Source of the DNA: Candidatus Woesearchaeota archaeon
GTDB lineage: Archaea > Nanobdellota > Nanobdellia > Woesearchaeales > JAGVYU01
Assembly: GCA_043805595.1 (NCBI GenBank)
Contig: JAZDHV010000027.1
Span: forward strand, 1 to 62,815
Length of the DNA stretch: 62,815 nt
Direction: 5' to 3'
Part shown: in pieces, positions 18,259 to 27,782 of the stretch
How positions within the stretch are numbered: position 1 is the stretch's first letter
Layout: each line of letters opens with the position of its first letter
The notes under the pieces: model-generated
Databases searched by the model: none
What the model was told of the DNA's origin: nothing
Seen by the model: only the letters and a program-made list of their open reading frames with translations
Position numbers and translations under genes: made by a program

Positions 18259-20142
18259 ATGTATCAATCAACAATTGAGAAAGATGGAATATTGCATGTG
18301 GGTGTTGACAGCAGTTATCAGTCATTGTATAGAACAAGAAATGCAATAGTCACGACTGATTCTAGATCAATCGGATTGATCAGAGCTCTTGAAAGCATGT
18401 CGAGATCAGATAGATATCTCTCATTGGACTCAATAGTGAAGGGACTAGAGAAATCGACAAGAAAAGATAAGATAAAGCCGAATGTGACTATATTTTGCAG
18501 AGAAGGCAGTAGAACAGGCTGTGTTGAAGTGAATATAGGGGCAAGACAAAGAACCAGAAAGGCAATTGGCCAAAATACAGGATACCTCTCAAGATGCAAC
18601 CAATTCGGATTCATATCAAGATATGGGACAAAAACACTTTATGATCCTGTGGTTGAGATCACTTCAGGCCCTCCAGAATATACTGGATTATTCTCAAGGC
18701 TAAATGACACAAAAAAAAGAATCAATGACAGGGCATACCAATTATTCAGAAGCCTAATAGAAAAGCCTGATGCAAATGATTTAGTCCAAAGACTGATATC
18801 AGGATACATAGGGCATGAATATGGATTCATCAATAATCTTGATTTTAACAGAGAGTTATCAAAGATTGAGAAAAGACATGAAAGATTAAGTGAAAGTCCA
18901 AGAAAAAAGCCAGAACAAAGACAGAATAAAGCAAACCTGTTCACAAGAGTGAGCAAAGCAAGAGAAGCTTTTTTTGATCTTGCAAATGATTATAGCAAAA
19001 GAGAAACAACAGATCTTGTTCTGGAGATTCCAATGCAGAAGGAAAAAGAACAAAGAGAAGAGATTGCATGTAGATTAGAGAGGACATTTGGAATAAGAGG
19101 AATGACATTAAAATATGCCGGATGCATATCAATTGTATGTGCAACTGATGAAAGCATGAGACTGATGCATGCAATCCAGCAGGAATTCTACAGCCTCTCA
19201 AGTATCAGTGATTTCACCCTGAGACCTGCAGTAGTATACTGCATACCTGAAATGCTTGCTGGAAAAGATGAATCTGGTGAGATAATGATAAGGCCTATAA
19301 AAATTAATAAGGCAAAGAGAAATTCAGGAAGGCTCTGGAACCTGGAGAACATCGGAGCATATAAAGCCCAGAAAGAGACATTAGGAGAAGGCGTGAATGT
19401 TGCAGTCATTGACACTGGAATCGACCACAGGCATTTTGAGATCAAGGACATCTATTGCGGAGGATATAATTTTGTGGATGGAAATAAAAAACCATTTGAC
19501 GGCAATGGCCATGGGACTCATGTGAGCGGGACAATATCAGGAAAAGGGACTGGGATTGCCCCAGGAATCAATCTATATGCAGTGAAAGTATTGAGTGACG
19601 AGGGATTTGGGTCAGAAGTTTTGGTAAACCAAGGGATTGAATGGTGCATTGACAATGATATTGATGTCCTCAACATGAGCTTAGGAAGCAGCTACTCAAC
19701 CAGTATTGGCGAAGAGCTGTGCAGGTTCGCAGCTGAAAGCGGAATCTTATTGGTGGCAGCAGCTGGCAATGAGGGATTCGGAAGAAGCTATCCAGCCTCA
19801 TATCCAGGTGTCATAAGCGTCGCTGCAGTAGACAAAGACAATGAGCATGCAGAATTCAGCAACATATGCGACACTCTTGACTTGAGCGCGCCTGGAGTCA
19901 ACATATTCTCGGCATGGCCAGGCAATGCATACAATGTGATATCAGGAACATCTATGGCAAGCCCCCATGTTGCAGGAGTATGCGCTTTAGGGGTGTCATA
20001 TTATCACCAAAGCGACATAGAGGATAGGATGAAAAAATCTGCAGAAAGGCTTGGTGAAAATGATTTGTATGGCTCTGGATTAGTTAGAGCTGATCTTTTA
20101 ATTGAGCAAAATTTAAGAAAAAGAAAATGGAGGGCAGCATAA
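18259..20142 (+). CDS. subtilisin-family (S8) serine protease with a roughly 350-aa unknown N-terminal region and no signal peptide
   Basis: Catalytic triad contexts VAVIDTGID, HGTHVSGT and GTSMASPHVAG. The N-terminus is hydrophilic. Confidence 0.85.
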   Translation: MYQSTIEKDGILHVGVDSSYQSLYRTRNAIVTTDSRSIGLIRALESMSRSDRYLSLDSIVKGLEKSTRKDKIKPNVTIFCREGSRTGCVEVNIGARQRTRKAIGQNTGYLSRCNQFGFISRYGTKTLYDPVVEITSGPPEYTGLFSRLNDTKKRINDRAYQLFRSLIEKPDANDLVQRLISGYIGHEYGFINNLDFNRELSKIEKRHERLSESPRKKPEQRQNKANLFTRVSKAREAFFDLANDYSKRETTDLVLEIPMQKEKEQREEIACRLERTFGIRGMTLKYAGCISIVCATDESMRLMHAIQQEFYSLSSISDFTLRPAVVYCIPEMLAGKDESGEIMIRPIKINKAKRNSGRLWNLENIGAYKAQKETLGEGVNVAVIDTGIDHRHFEIKDIYCGGYNFVDGNKKPFDGNGHGTHVSGTISGKGTGIAPGINLYAVKVLSDEGFGSEVLVNQGIEWCIDNDIDVLNMSLGSSYSTSIGEELCRFAAESGILLVAAAGNEGFGRSYPASYPGVISVAAVDKDNEHAEFSNICDTLDLSAPGVNIFSAWPGNAYNVISGTSMASPHVAGVCALGVSYYHQSDIEDRMKKSAERLGENDLYGSGLVRADLLIEQNLRKRKWRAA

Positions 20143-20399
20143 TGGAAGAAAATGAATACATGATAGGAGAATATTATCTGAAGTATAAAGGAGCAGAAGA
20201 CTGTGAAGATGTGTTAAGAGGGCTTATCGGATTGATATCTCAAGGCGCTGAATACATCCCGGCAACAATCCACACATTCAGGCATGTGAATTGCCTGCAT
20301 GTCAGGTATCATAAAGAAGTAGATGGAATTGAACAAAGACTCCAGGAACTGGAGAAAGTCACAAAGGTTGAGAGAGTGCCGAAGACTCAGGTGTTATGA
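20142..20399 (+). CDS. small hypothetical protein translationally coupled to the subtilase
   Basis: TAATG stop/start overlap at 20140-20144. 85 aa, no recognised motif. Confidence 0.5.
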   Translation: MEENEYMIGEYYLKYKGAEDCEDVLRGLIGLISQGAEYIPATIHTFRHVNCLHVRYHKEVDGIEQRLQELEKVTKVERVPKTQVL

Positions 20400-20435
20400 A
20401 TTGTTATGAAATGATATGAAACTTAATATTTTGGA

Positions 20436-20656
20436 CTAAAGAACCACCAGTCATAGACTGGTGGGATTCAATAAATCCGCAACTTCCTTATGATAGGACT
20501 GGTGGGATTTACTAAATCCGCAATTACCTTATGATAAGACTGGTGGTTCTTAGTGCTCAGGAATTTTTCACTCCTATAAGCTAAATCAATCAAAGATTGT
20601 CACCAGTCAGAGATTGGTGGAAAATTCCTGACATTTTATACAATTCTGACATTTTA
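20436..20656 (-). repeat. Hairpin-rich repeat element, family 2, copy D (with an internal module duplication of about 41 nt)
   Basis: Collinear with copy E (reverse complement) apart from a duplicated module ACTGGTGGGATT.A.TAAATCCGCAA.T.CCTTATGATA.G. The tail TTCTGACATTTTA occurs twice. Confidence 0.8.
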
Positions 20657-20690
20657 TGATCTGTATTTATGAATGAGATAAATTATGCTC

Positions 20691-22292
20691 TTAAATATCT
20701 CCAGCCATCATATGGTCATAAGTACCATGATCTAATATCCTGAGGACTGTCAGTTCATTCTCTCCACTTACTGATAAGATTGCCCTTCTCCTATGCTTGC
20801 CTATGTTAAAAACAAAAAAATCATCATACATTGGATAGGATCTTTTTAGATAAATATATCCCTTATTATTATCGCCTCGTTTTTGGATCTTTCTTACATT
20901 ACCTTTTCCAGTAGAGAGTTTTTCACTTACTATCCCCAAAACATCTTCAGATGCATCAGAATTAACATCTGAATGAAATACAATAGAATATAAAGCAGAA
21001 TCTGTCCCTTCTTCAGGAACAGCAGCAATCCTTTCTTCATAACTTCTAGCCCATTGAAGGCGTTCAACACTAGATAAGATCCTGGATTTTTGAACCAGTT
21101 CATGATCAAGCTTCCTGAGCCTAGCCTCATAACATTTCCTTTCATCATCAAACTGTTCTGCTTGAGCAGAAAGAGCCTCAACTTGCAAAGTGAGGTCTTG
21201 AGTAGCACCAGCAACTGCCTTTTGAACCAATTCATCATAACCAGCCTCAACTGATTTATATCTGTTAAATAATTCAGCCTGACGTGACCTATATTCTTCT
21301 AATCTCTGTTCAAGATGGGCATTTTCCTCCTTTGTTCGACTACAATTTTTCTGCTCTGCCTCCAGCCTTTCTATTCCCTCAACATAAAGATGGATAAGCC
21401 TCTTGAACATCAAAGTCTGAGCATGGTTCTGGGCTCTTAAATCCTCGACAATCTCTCTCTCAGACCTTTCCACAACTACAATGCCTTCTCTTAGCTGTTC
21501 ATCTAAACTCTTGCCTGAAGCTTCAGCATAAAGGCTGTCCCATTTTCCAAACTGAGGTTTTGGGAAATATCCAATATGACAAACCAATCTGCCAAAATCT
21601 AATATGCAAATTGCTGATTTCAACCTCTTTCTTGTCCCTTGGGCATGATAAAGAAAGTCTTCAGGATGCAATAAGAATTCTTTTGATTCAACCAAATCAT
21701 AATTGAGATTCCTGACAAGATCAATAAATGGCTTATTGCATTCCATTAGATACATAAATAATTTTTCCTGCATACTCCTAATAAATGGATTATCTTTTGC
21801 CTCAGATTTCTTAATTTTACTGAGAACAGAAGCCATTGATCTTTCAAAAAAGCATGCATATCCGCAAGAAAATATATGTGGATCACTCATAAGAGTCATC
21901 AAAGGAAGTGTCTCAGGAGTATGTATATTCATTGATCTTGCACTTGCTCTTGCAATTTTCATTAACTTTTTTCTCAGTCTTGAGTCATTATTATGGCATA
22001 TTTCATCCAAGAAATAATTTAATATTGCCTGAGAATTGACAAAAGAATCACAAATGACATTTTGGAGATAATAATGGCCAAAAGGAGTCCCATAATCCCC
22101 TATCAAATTTTTTCCTTCTCTCAAACCATCAGATAGATGCTCATCTGGAATCCTTCTGAACATAAAATCAATCGCCTCATGGATCTGCCTGATCCTATCC
22201 TCTTCTGTCATAGAAGTGCCTTCAGGGAAAAAACAAGGTAAATCTTCAGCTAATACAAGATGGTCCAAATGGATATTACAAGGTTTATGCAT
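20691..22292 (-). CDS. hypothetical coiled-coil protein with a RelE/ParE-like C-terminal tail (weak call)
   Basis: Central heptad-rich segment (EQRLEEYRSRQAELFNRYKS...). The C-terminus FVFNIGKHRRRAILSVSGENELTVLRILDHGTYD resembles RelE/ParE toxin C-termini. Start uncertain (22316, 22292 or 22211). Confidence 0.55.
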   Translation of the reverse strand: MHKPCNIHLDHLVLAEDLPCFFPEGTSMTEEDRIRQIHEAIDFMFRRIPDEHLSDGLREGKNLIGDYGTPFGHYYLQNVICDSFVNSQAILNYFLDEICHNNDSRLRKKLMKIARASARSMNIHTPETLPLMTLMSDPHIFSCGYACFFERSMASVLSKIKKSEAKDNPFIRSMQEKLFMYLMECNKPFIDLVRNLNYDLVESKEFLLHPEDFLYHAQGTRKRLKSAICILDFGRLVCHIGYFPKPQFGKWDSLYAEASGKSLDEQLREGIVVVERSEREIVEDLRAQNHAQTLMFKRLIHLYVEGIERLEAEQKNCSRTKEENAHLEQRLEEYRSRQAELFNRYKSVEAGYDELVQKAVAGATQDLTLQVEALSAQAEQFDDERKCYEARLRKLDHELVQKSRILSSVERLQWARSYEERIAAVPEEGTDSALYSIVFHSDVNSDASEDVLGIVSEKLSTGKGNVRKIQKRGDNNKGYIYLKRSYPMYDDFFVFNIGKHRRRAILSVSGENELTVLRILDHGTYDHMMAGDI

Positions 22293-22453
22293 TTTTAATC
22301 TGATATATAAGAACATATTCTGTTTTATAAATGTTTTGTATTGTCACTACGATGAAGTCATAATTAAATTCTTTATTATAAACATGATATACATTTTCTA
22401 GAATATGAATAATAACAAAATTTATATAAATCGAAAATATTACGAACAGTAAT

Positions 22454-23461
22454 ATGGCTAAGGTAGAAACTTATGATAAAAGCATTGACAAAGAGAATAT
22501 GAATTCAGTTATTGAGAATTTTCACTCCCAGCTTTCTGAAGGATACAGACTTGGAGATATCAAGGTCCATATTGATGAACCTATAGAGAATATCATTATA
22601 ACAGGAATGGGCGGTTCAGGCCTTCCAGGAGAGATCCTGAAATCATATCTTAATCAATGCAAGATCCCTATCATAATCAACAAGGATTATACAATGCCAC
22701 CAGAATTCAGCAAGAAAAGCCTTGTCATTGCAGTAAGCTATTCTGGAGATACAGAAGAGACTATTGAAGCATACAGAGATGCTTACAGAAAAGGAGCAAA
22801 TATAGTCATTGTTACATCTGGAGGCAAATTAGATATCTTGGCAAAAAAACAAAATAATCGAATGATTTTAATCCCTCGAGGACTGCAACCAAGAGCAGCA
22901 TATGGATATATGACAAGCGCAATCCTAAGATTGCTCGAAAACCTGAAGATAATCCCAAGCCAAGAATTATTGATCAAGAATACAGTTGAGACTTTGAAAA
23001 GGACAGACCTATTCAAGGAAAAAGCAGAGGAATTAGCAGAAAAACTAGTTGACAAGATCCCTCTCATATACTCCTCAGACAGGTTAAAGGCTGTTGCCTA
23101 CAAATGGAAGATAAGCTTTAATGAAAACACAAAGATACATGCATTCTACAATGTCCTGCCTGAGCTTAATCACAATGAGATGGTAGGATTCACACACCTG
23201 AAAGCAGAATACCACCTTATCATAATCAAGGATGAGGAAGATCATCCAAGAGTAAGGAAAAGGATGGACATTCTCAAGAAATTAGTGAAATCAAAAGGAG
23301 TGAATGTCACAGAGCTGAACATAAGCGGAAGGAACCCTCTCACAAAACTGTTCTCTGCAATCTATATAGGAGACTGGACATCTTATTTCTTAGCCATCAA
23401 GTATGGAGTGGATCCAACTCCTGTTGACATTATTCAAAACTTTAAGAAAGAGATGAAGTAG
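22454..23461 (+). CDS. bifunctional phosphoglucose/phosphomannose isomerase (archaeal SIS-type)
   Basis: GMGGSGLPGE, VSYSGDTEET and the C-terminal LNHNE context are typical of the PGI/PMI family. Confidence 0.85.
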   Translation: MAKVETYDKSIDKENMNSVIENFHSQLSEGYRLGDIKVHIDEPIENIIITGMGGSGLPGEILKSYLNQCKIPIIINKDYTMPPEFSKKSLVIAVSYSGDTEETIEAYRDAYRKGANIVIVTSGGKLDILAKKQNNRMILIPRGLQPRAAYGYMTSAILRLLENLKIIPSQELLIKNTVETLKRTDLFKEKAEELAEKLVDKIPLIYSSDRLKAVAYKWKISFNENTKIHAFYNVLPELNHNEMVGFTHLKAEYHLIIIKDEEDHPRVRKRMDILKKLVKSKGVNVTELNISGRNPLTKLFSAIYIGDWTSYFLAIKYGVDPTPVDIIQNFKKEMK

Positions 23462-23466
23462 TGCAA

Positions 23467-24033
23467 ATGTCAGACCTTAAAAATACAGAAGTTGAACTCA
23501 AATTTCCTTTATTGAATTCTAAAGAGCTGATGAAAGAGCTTGATGAGATTGCAACTAAAAAACATGAAGAATACCAAAAAGACACTTATTTTGATCTTCC
23601 TCACAGAAGTTTTCTAGAATCCAAGCCAATCAAAGAATGGCTTAGGATTAGAGAAGGAAGTAGAGGGCATTATTTGAACTATAAAAATTGGCATCACTCA
23701 GAGACTGAAATGGCAAATTCATGCGATGAATATGAAACCAAAATAGATGATGCCGAGTTATTAAAAAAAATATTTGAAAATCTTGGAATAAAAGAAATTA
23801 TTATTGTTGAGAAAAAAAGGAGAACTTGGAATTATAAAGGTACAGAGGTTGCTATTGATGTATTAAAAGATGGGCCAACATTTATTGAGATAGAGGCAAA
23901 AGGGGAGTTTAAGAATATTGAAGAAGCTAAAAAACACTTATATCAGATTCTCAATGAATTGAATGCTAAAACAGGAGAGCAGGAGTTTCAAGGGTATCCA
24001 TGGCTTTTGCTAAAGAAGAAAGGATTAATCTAG
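23467..24033 (+). CDS. CYTH-domain protein (CyaB-like / triphosphate tunnel metalloenzyme)
   Basis: N-terminal EVELKF and later FIEIEAK acidic strands. A GTG at 23461 is an alternative start. Confidence 0.75.
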   Translation: MSDLKNTEVELKFPLLNSKELMKELDEIATKKHEEYQKDTYFDLPHRSFLESKPIKEWLRIREGSRGHYLNYKNWHHSETEMANSCDEYETKIDDAELLKKIFENLGIKEIIIVEKKRRTWNYKGTEVAIDVLKDGPTFIEIEAKGEFKNIEEAKKHLYQILNELNAKTGEQEFQGYPWLLLKKKGLI

Positions 24034-24073
24034 CACACAAAAACATATAAATCAGGATTCTTAACATGCATGC

Positions 24074-26143
24074 ATGATAATAAAATCATTGAAACTAGAG
24101 AACATAAGAAGCTATGTCAATGAGACAATCGATTTTCCATCAGGAACCATTCTCTTGAGTGGAGACATCGGAAGCGGAAAGTCAACAATACTTCTTGCAA
24201 CAGAATTTGCATTATTCGGCCTGAACAGAAGCGACCTTGGCCCAGCATCCCTGCTCAGGAACGGAAAAAACCAGGGATCAGTCGAGCTGAAGATTGGTGT
24301 AGAGGGGAAAGAGTTCCTGATAAAAAGGATATTGAAAAGAGGAAAAAATGATATCAAGCAGATAGCTGGGTACATAATAAAAGACGGGATAAAAAAAGAT
24401 GCAACAGCAAGTGAACTAAGATCAGATATCTTAAATTTGCTAGGATATCCAAAAGAACTGCTGACAAAGAGCAAGGACCTAATCTATAGATATACTGTAT
24501 ACACACCGCAGGAAGCGATGAAACAGATAATAACAGGAGGAAAAGAAGAAAGGCTGGAAACATTGAGAAAAGTGTTTGGAATAGACAAGTACAAGAAGAT
24601 CAGGGAGAATGCACTCATTGCAATAAAAGATATCAGGGATAAATCAAGAATATACCAGGATAGGATCAAAGACCTTGATGAAAAGATACATAATAAAAAA
24701 CTCAAGAAGAATGAGATCAAAGAGATTGAAGTAAGGATAAAGGTATATGAGAAAGAGGTTGAAGAGACCAGGGAAAGATTGAATGAAAAAAGAAAAGAAA
24801 TTGAATCAATCGAGGAAGGAATACAAAAATATAACATGCTAAAAAACCAAAATGATGTCATGACCAATAATCTGATGAACAAAGTCCAGGAGAACAATAA
24901 TCTGAAAGAAGAGATAGAAGAAATGAGCAGGGCAATAATTAATATTGAGAAAGAGATAAAAATCCCTGGAACAGAGCAATCTCTTGATATCATCCATAAA
25001 CAAATAAATGAACTTAGCCAGATGCTCACTTCTCAAGAAAAAGATATACAATCAGTCAGAACACAAATATCAATCAGAACAACCAAGATAAATACCTCAA
25101 GAGAGGTAATTGAAAGGGTGTCAAAGATAGACAAATGCCCCCTATGCGAGCAGAATGTTGAGCATGAGCATAAATACAATATAAAGAAAAGAGAAGGAGA
25201 TAAGATCATAGAAATTGGGCTTGAGATCAAAAGTCTCTCCTCTGATGAGCAAAAAAGAAATCAGATGCTAGAAGATCTGAAGGAAAAGATTGAGAGATAC
25301 AGGAGGATAGAAAAAGACATCTCAATAAGAAAGGTAAGAGAGGAAAACCTGATAGAAAGCATTAAAAGAATAAGGGACAAGAATTCAAGGCTCCAGATGA
25401 TCAAAAAAGAGATTGGCGAGATAAACATCAAGAGGATGGAGCTGAATGACAGGATCAACAAGATAAAAGACATTGAAGACAGATATAAGATCATGAAGAT
25501 TGACCTTGAGAAGGAAAATAAGACATTAAGGGAAAAAGAGATAAAAAAGGCAGAGAATGCAAAAGAGAAAGAAGGCATTCTTAAAATGATTGAGATTATT
25601 GAAAAAGAGATTGAAGAGAAGAATAAGGATAAGGCCAAATTGAGTCAGCTAAACCAGATGCAGCACTGGCTTGAAGGATATTTCATCAAGCTTATGGAAG
25701 TGATTGAGAAAAATGTGATGGTAAGCCTTCACCAAGAGTTCAATTCATTGTTCCAGACCTGGTTCAACACACTGATAGAGGATGAGATAATAAATGTGCG
25801 GCTCGATGACCAGTTCACACCAATAATAGAGCAGAACGGATATGAGACAGAAATAAATAACCTATCAGGCGGTGAGAAGACAAGCCTTGCATTATCCTAC
25901 AGGCTAAGCCTGAACAAGATCATCAACAGCATGATAAGCACTATCAAGACCAAGGATCTCATAATCCTTGATGAGCCAACTGACGGATTCTCAACAGACC
26001 AGCTTGACAAGGTAAGAGAAGTGATTGATGAGCTGAAGAACAAGCAGATAATAATAGTCAGCCATGAAAGCAAGATCGAGAGCTTTGTTGAGAACATAAT
26101 AAGGATAGGAAAAGAAGAGCATATAAGCAGGATTGTCAGCTAA
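24074..26143 (+). CDS. rad50: Rad50-like SMC-family ATPase (short coiled coil)
   Basis: Walker A GDIGSGKST, zinc-hook CPLCEQ in mid coiled coil, signature LSGGEKT and Walker B LILDEPTDGF. Confidence 0.85.
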   Translation: MIIKSLKLENIRSYVNETIDFPSGTILLSGDIGSGKSTILLATEFALFGLNRSDLGPASLLRNGKNQGSVELKIGVEGKEFLIKRILKRGKNDIKQIAGYIIKDGIKKDATASELRSDILNLLGYPKELLTKSKDLIYRYTVYTPQEAMKQIITGGKEERLETLRKVFGIDKYKKIRENALIAIKDIRDKSRIYQDRIKDLDEKIHNKKLKKNEIKEIEVRIKVYEKEVEETRERLNEKRKEIESIEEGIQKYNMLKNQNDVMTNNLMNKVQENNNLKEEIEEMSRAIINIEKEIKIPGTEQSLDIIHKQINELSQMLTSQEKDIQSVRTQISIRTTKINTSREVIERVSKIDKCPLCEQNVEHEHKYNIKKREGDKIIEIGLEIKSLSSDEQKRNQMLEDLKEKIERYRRIEKDISIRKVREENLIESIKRIRDKNSRLQMIKKEIGEINIKRMELNDRINKIKDIEDRYKIMKIDLEKENKTLREKEIKKAENAKEKEGILKMIEIIEKEIEEKNKDKAKLSQLNQMQHWLEGYFIKLMEVIEKNVMVSLHQEFNSLFQTWFNTLIEDEIINVRLDDQFTPIIEQNGYETEINNLSGGEKTSLALSYRLSLNKIINSMISTIKTKDLIILDEPTDGFSTDQLDKVREVIDELKNKQIIIVSHESKIESFVENIIRIGKEEHISRIVS

Positions 26144-26155
26144 AAGGATTATCAG

Positions 26156-27616
26156 CTAAAGCTTGAAATTGAACTTATTTGAAAGGACAGACCTCTTCCT
26201 GCCAAAATTCTTGAAACTGCCTTTGGTCTGAGGAAGAATGAAACCTCCAAGAATGCTTAATCTTGACTTGATATTATAAGTCAGAATCCTTTCCTCAAAA
26301 CTATCCAAAGAGTCAATATGCCATTTCAATAATGTCCCTTTCTTGTCATGATTCAATATTGATGTTGGCTTCAATGTTCCGACTGGGAATTCCTTGATAA
26401 CCTCAGCAATTTGAGGGACCTGATCAAATATGATAACATCATCGACAGGCTTGTAACTTATATTTTTTACATGGACCATGATCCTGACTTCAGAGATCCC
26501 ACCTTCTTTCATAATGACATTTGAAGAAGTCTTTATAATCCTTATAGGAGACCTGAAAATAAAATATAATACAACAATGATAATGATCAATAATGACAAC
26601 CAGAAAATAATGCTATAATCAGACTTTACTTCAATCTCAATTTTCTCAGCAGGATCCAAGGATATGTCAAATCCATAATACCTTTTTCCATCCTCAAAAA
26701 TCTGAGAAGATACAGGAGTAACTTTCTGAAACAGCTTATTAAACAGATTAGTCTCAACCTTGAATAATTTGACCTGTCGAACATTCCCATTATTAGTCAA
26801 TGTAATTGTTTCAGTTGATTTAAGAAATCCTTTTTTCAAAGACCTATCCTCCACTAACTCTCCATATTCAACAATTTCAAAAATTATTGATTTTGGAGCC
26901 CTTCCCATAATAAGTGTCCTATTATTTGGCACTTCAACCAATAAGTAAGAATCAAGGAAATGCTTTCCAGGTTTTTCAAGATCATCAAGGTCAATCTTGA
27001 AATCCACCTTTTTCTTTTCATAAGGAGCTAGGCTGACCTTTTGCTGCTGCTTGAAAATGTCACTCTCAATCACAAGAGTTAGATCAGGATTATTTTTAGG
27101 ATTCCTGTTCTCTAATTCAATTGTAACAACCAATTCATCTCTTGGATCAACATCTTCTTTCATCAATATATTGGTCCTTACAGCAGTGCCATAGATCTCT
27201 CCTCCATCCTGTTCATCTGAGACAATCGAGACAACAAGATTCAATCTCTGGAGCTCCCCGCTTTTCAGTGATTTTACAGTCAATGGAATGACATGTGTCC
27301 CATACTCAAGATCATCTGGTGCAAAGACTAGCCTAGTTGTTTCAGATGATTTCAAATCAACCTCTAAAGTTGAGTCTGTCCTTGGATCTGTATGAAAATC
27401 CCAAAGCACATCAGAGTAAAAAATCCTATATTTGTCATCAAAATCATTATTATTTGTGACAGTCAATTCAAAAACAGCAGTATCATCTAATGTGATTGAA
27501 TCAGATATTGGATTTGATATAACTGAAAATCCTGCAGCTTGAACAATAGATATAGAAAATAGGGCAAAGAGTATTATAATGATAGTATTCAGTAATAATC
27601 TATCTTTTTTTCCCAT
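26156..27616 (-). CDS. secreted or membrane-anchored hypothetical protein
   Basis: N-terminal signal-like helix (IIIILFALFSISIVQA) and a TM helix near residue 350 (FWLSLLIIIIVVLYFIF). Confidence 0.6.
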   Translation of the reverse strand: MGKKDRLLLNTIIIILFALFSISIVQAAGFSVISNPISDSITLDDTAVFELTVTNNNDFDDKYRIFYSDVLWDFHTDPRTDSTLEVDLKSSETTRLVFAPDDLEYGTHVIPLTVKSLKSGELQRLNLVVSIVSDEQDGGEIYGTAVRTNILMKEDVDPRDELVVTIELENRNPKNNPDLTLVIESDIFKQQQKVSLAPYEKKKVDFKIDLDDLEKPGKHFLDSYLLVEVPNNRTLIMGRAPKSIIFEIVEYGELVEDRSLKKGFLKSTETITLTNNGNVRQVKLFKVETNLFNKLFQKVTPVSSQIFEDGKRYYGFDISLDPAEKIEIEVKSDYSIIFWLSLLIIIIVVLYFIFRSPIRIIKTSSNVIMKEGGISEVRIMVHVKNISYKPVDDVIIFDQVPQIAEVIKEFPVGTLKPTSILNHDKKGTLLKWHIDSLDSFEERILTYNIKSRLSILGGFILPQTKGSFKNFGRKRSVLSNKFNFKL

Positions 27617-27782
27617 AATATCAATACCCACTATAATAATAAAATACTACCTAAACTCATATTTAAATGTTTCTGCTTCACACTCTATATATAAAGAAGT
27701 TAGAAAGAAATTGATTTGAATCTCCATAATATAAATAATTGCATACAATAAAGCTTATAAATCCATGACTTATCATTGATAT

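Noticed and set aside
11943-20656. CRISPR array or split-tRNA-half interpretation of the CCACCAGT/ACTGGTGG repeats
   Set aside because: The repeats are 8-12 nt palindromic half-sites with no regular repeat-spacer periodicity. No cas genes are present. No T-arm or acceptor features flank the complementary 12-mers.
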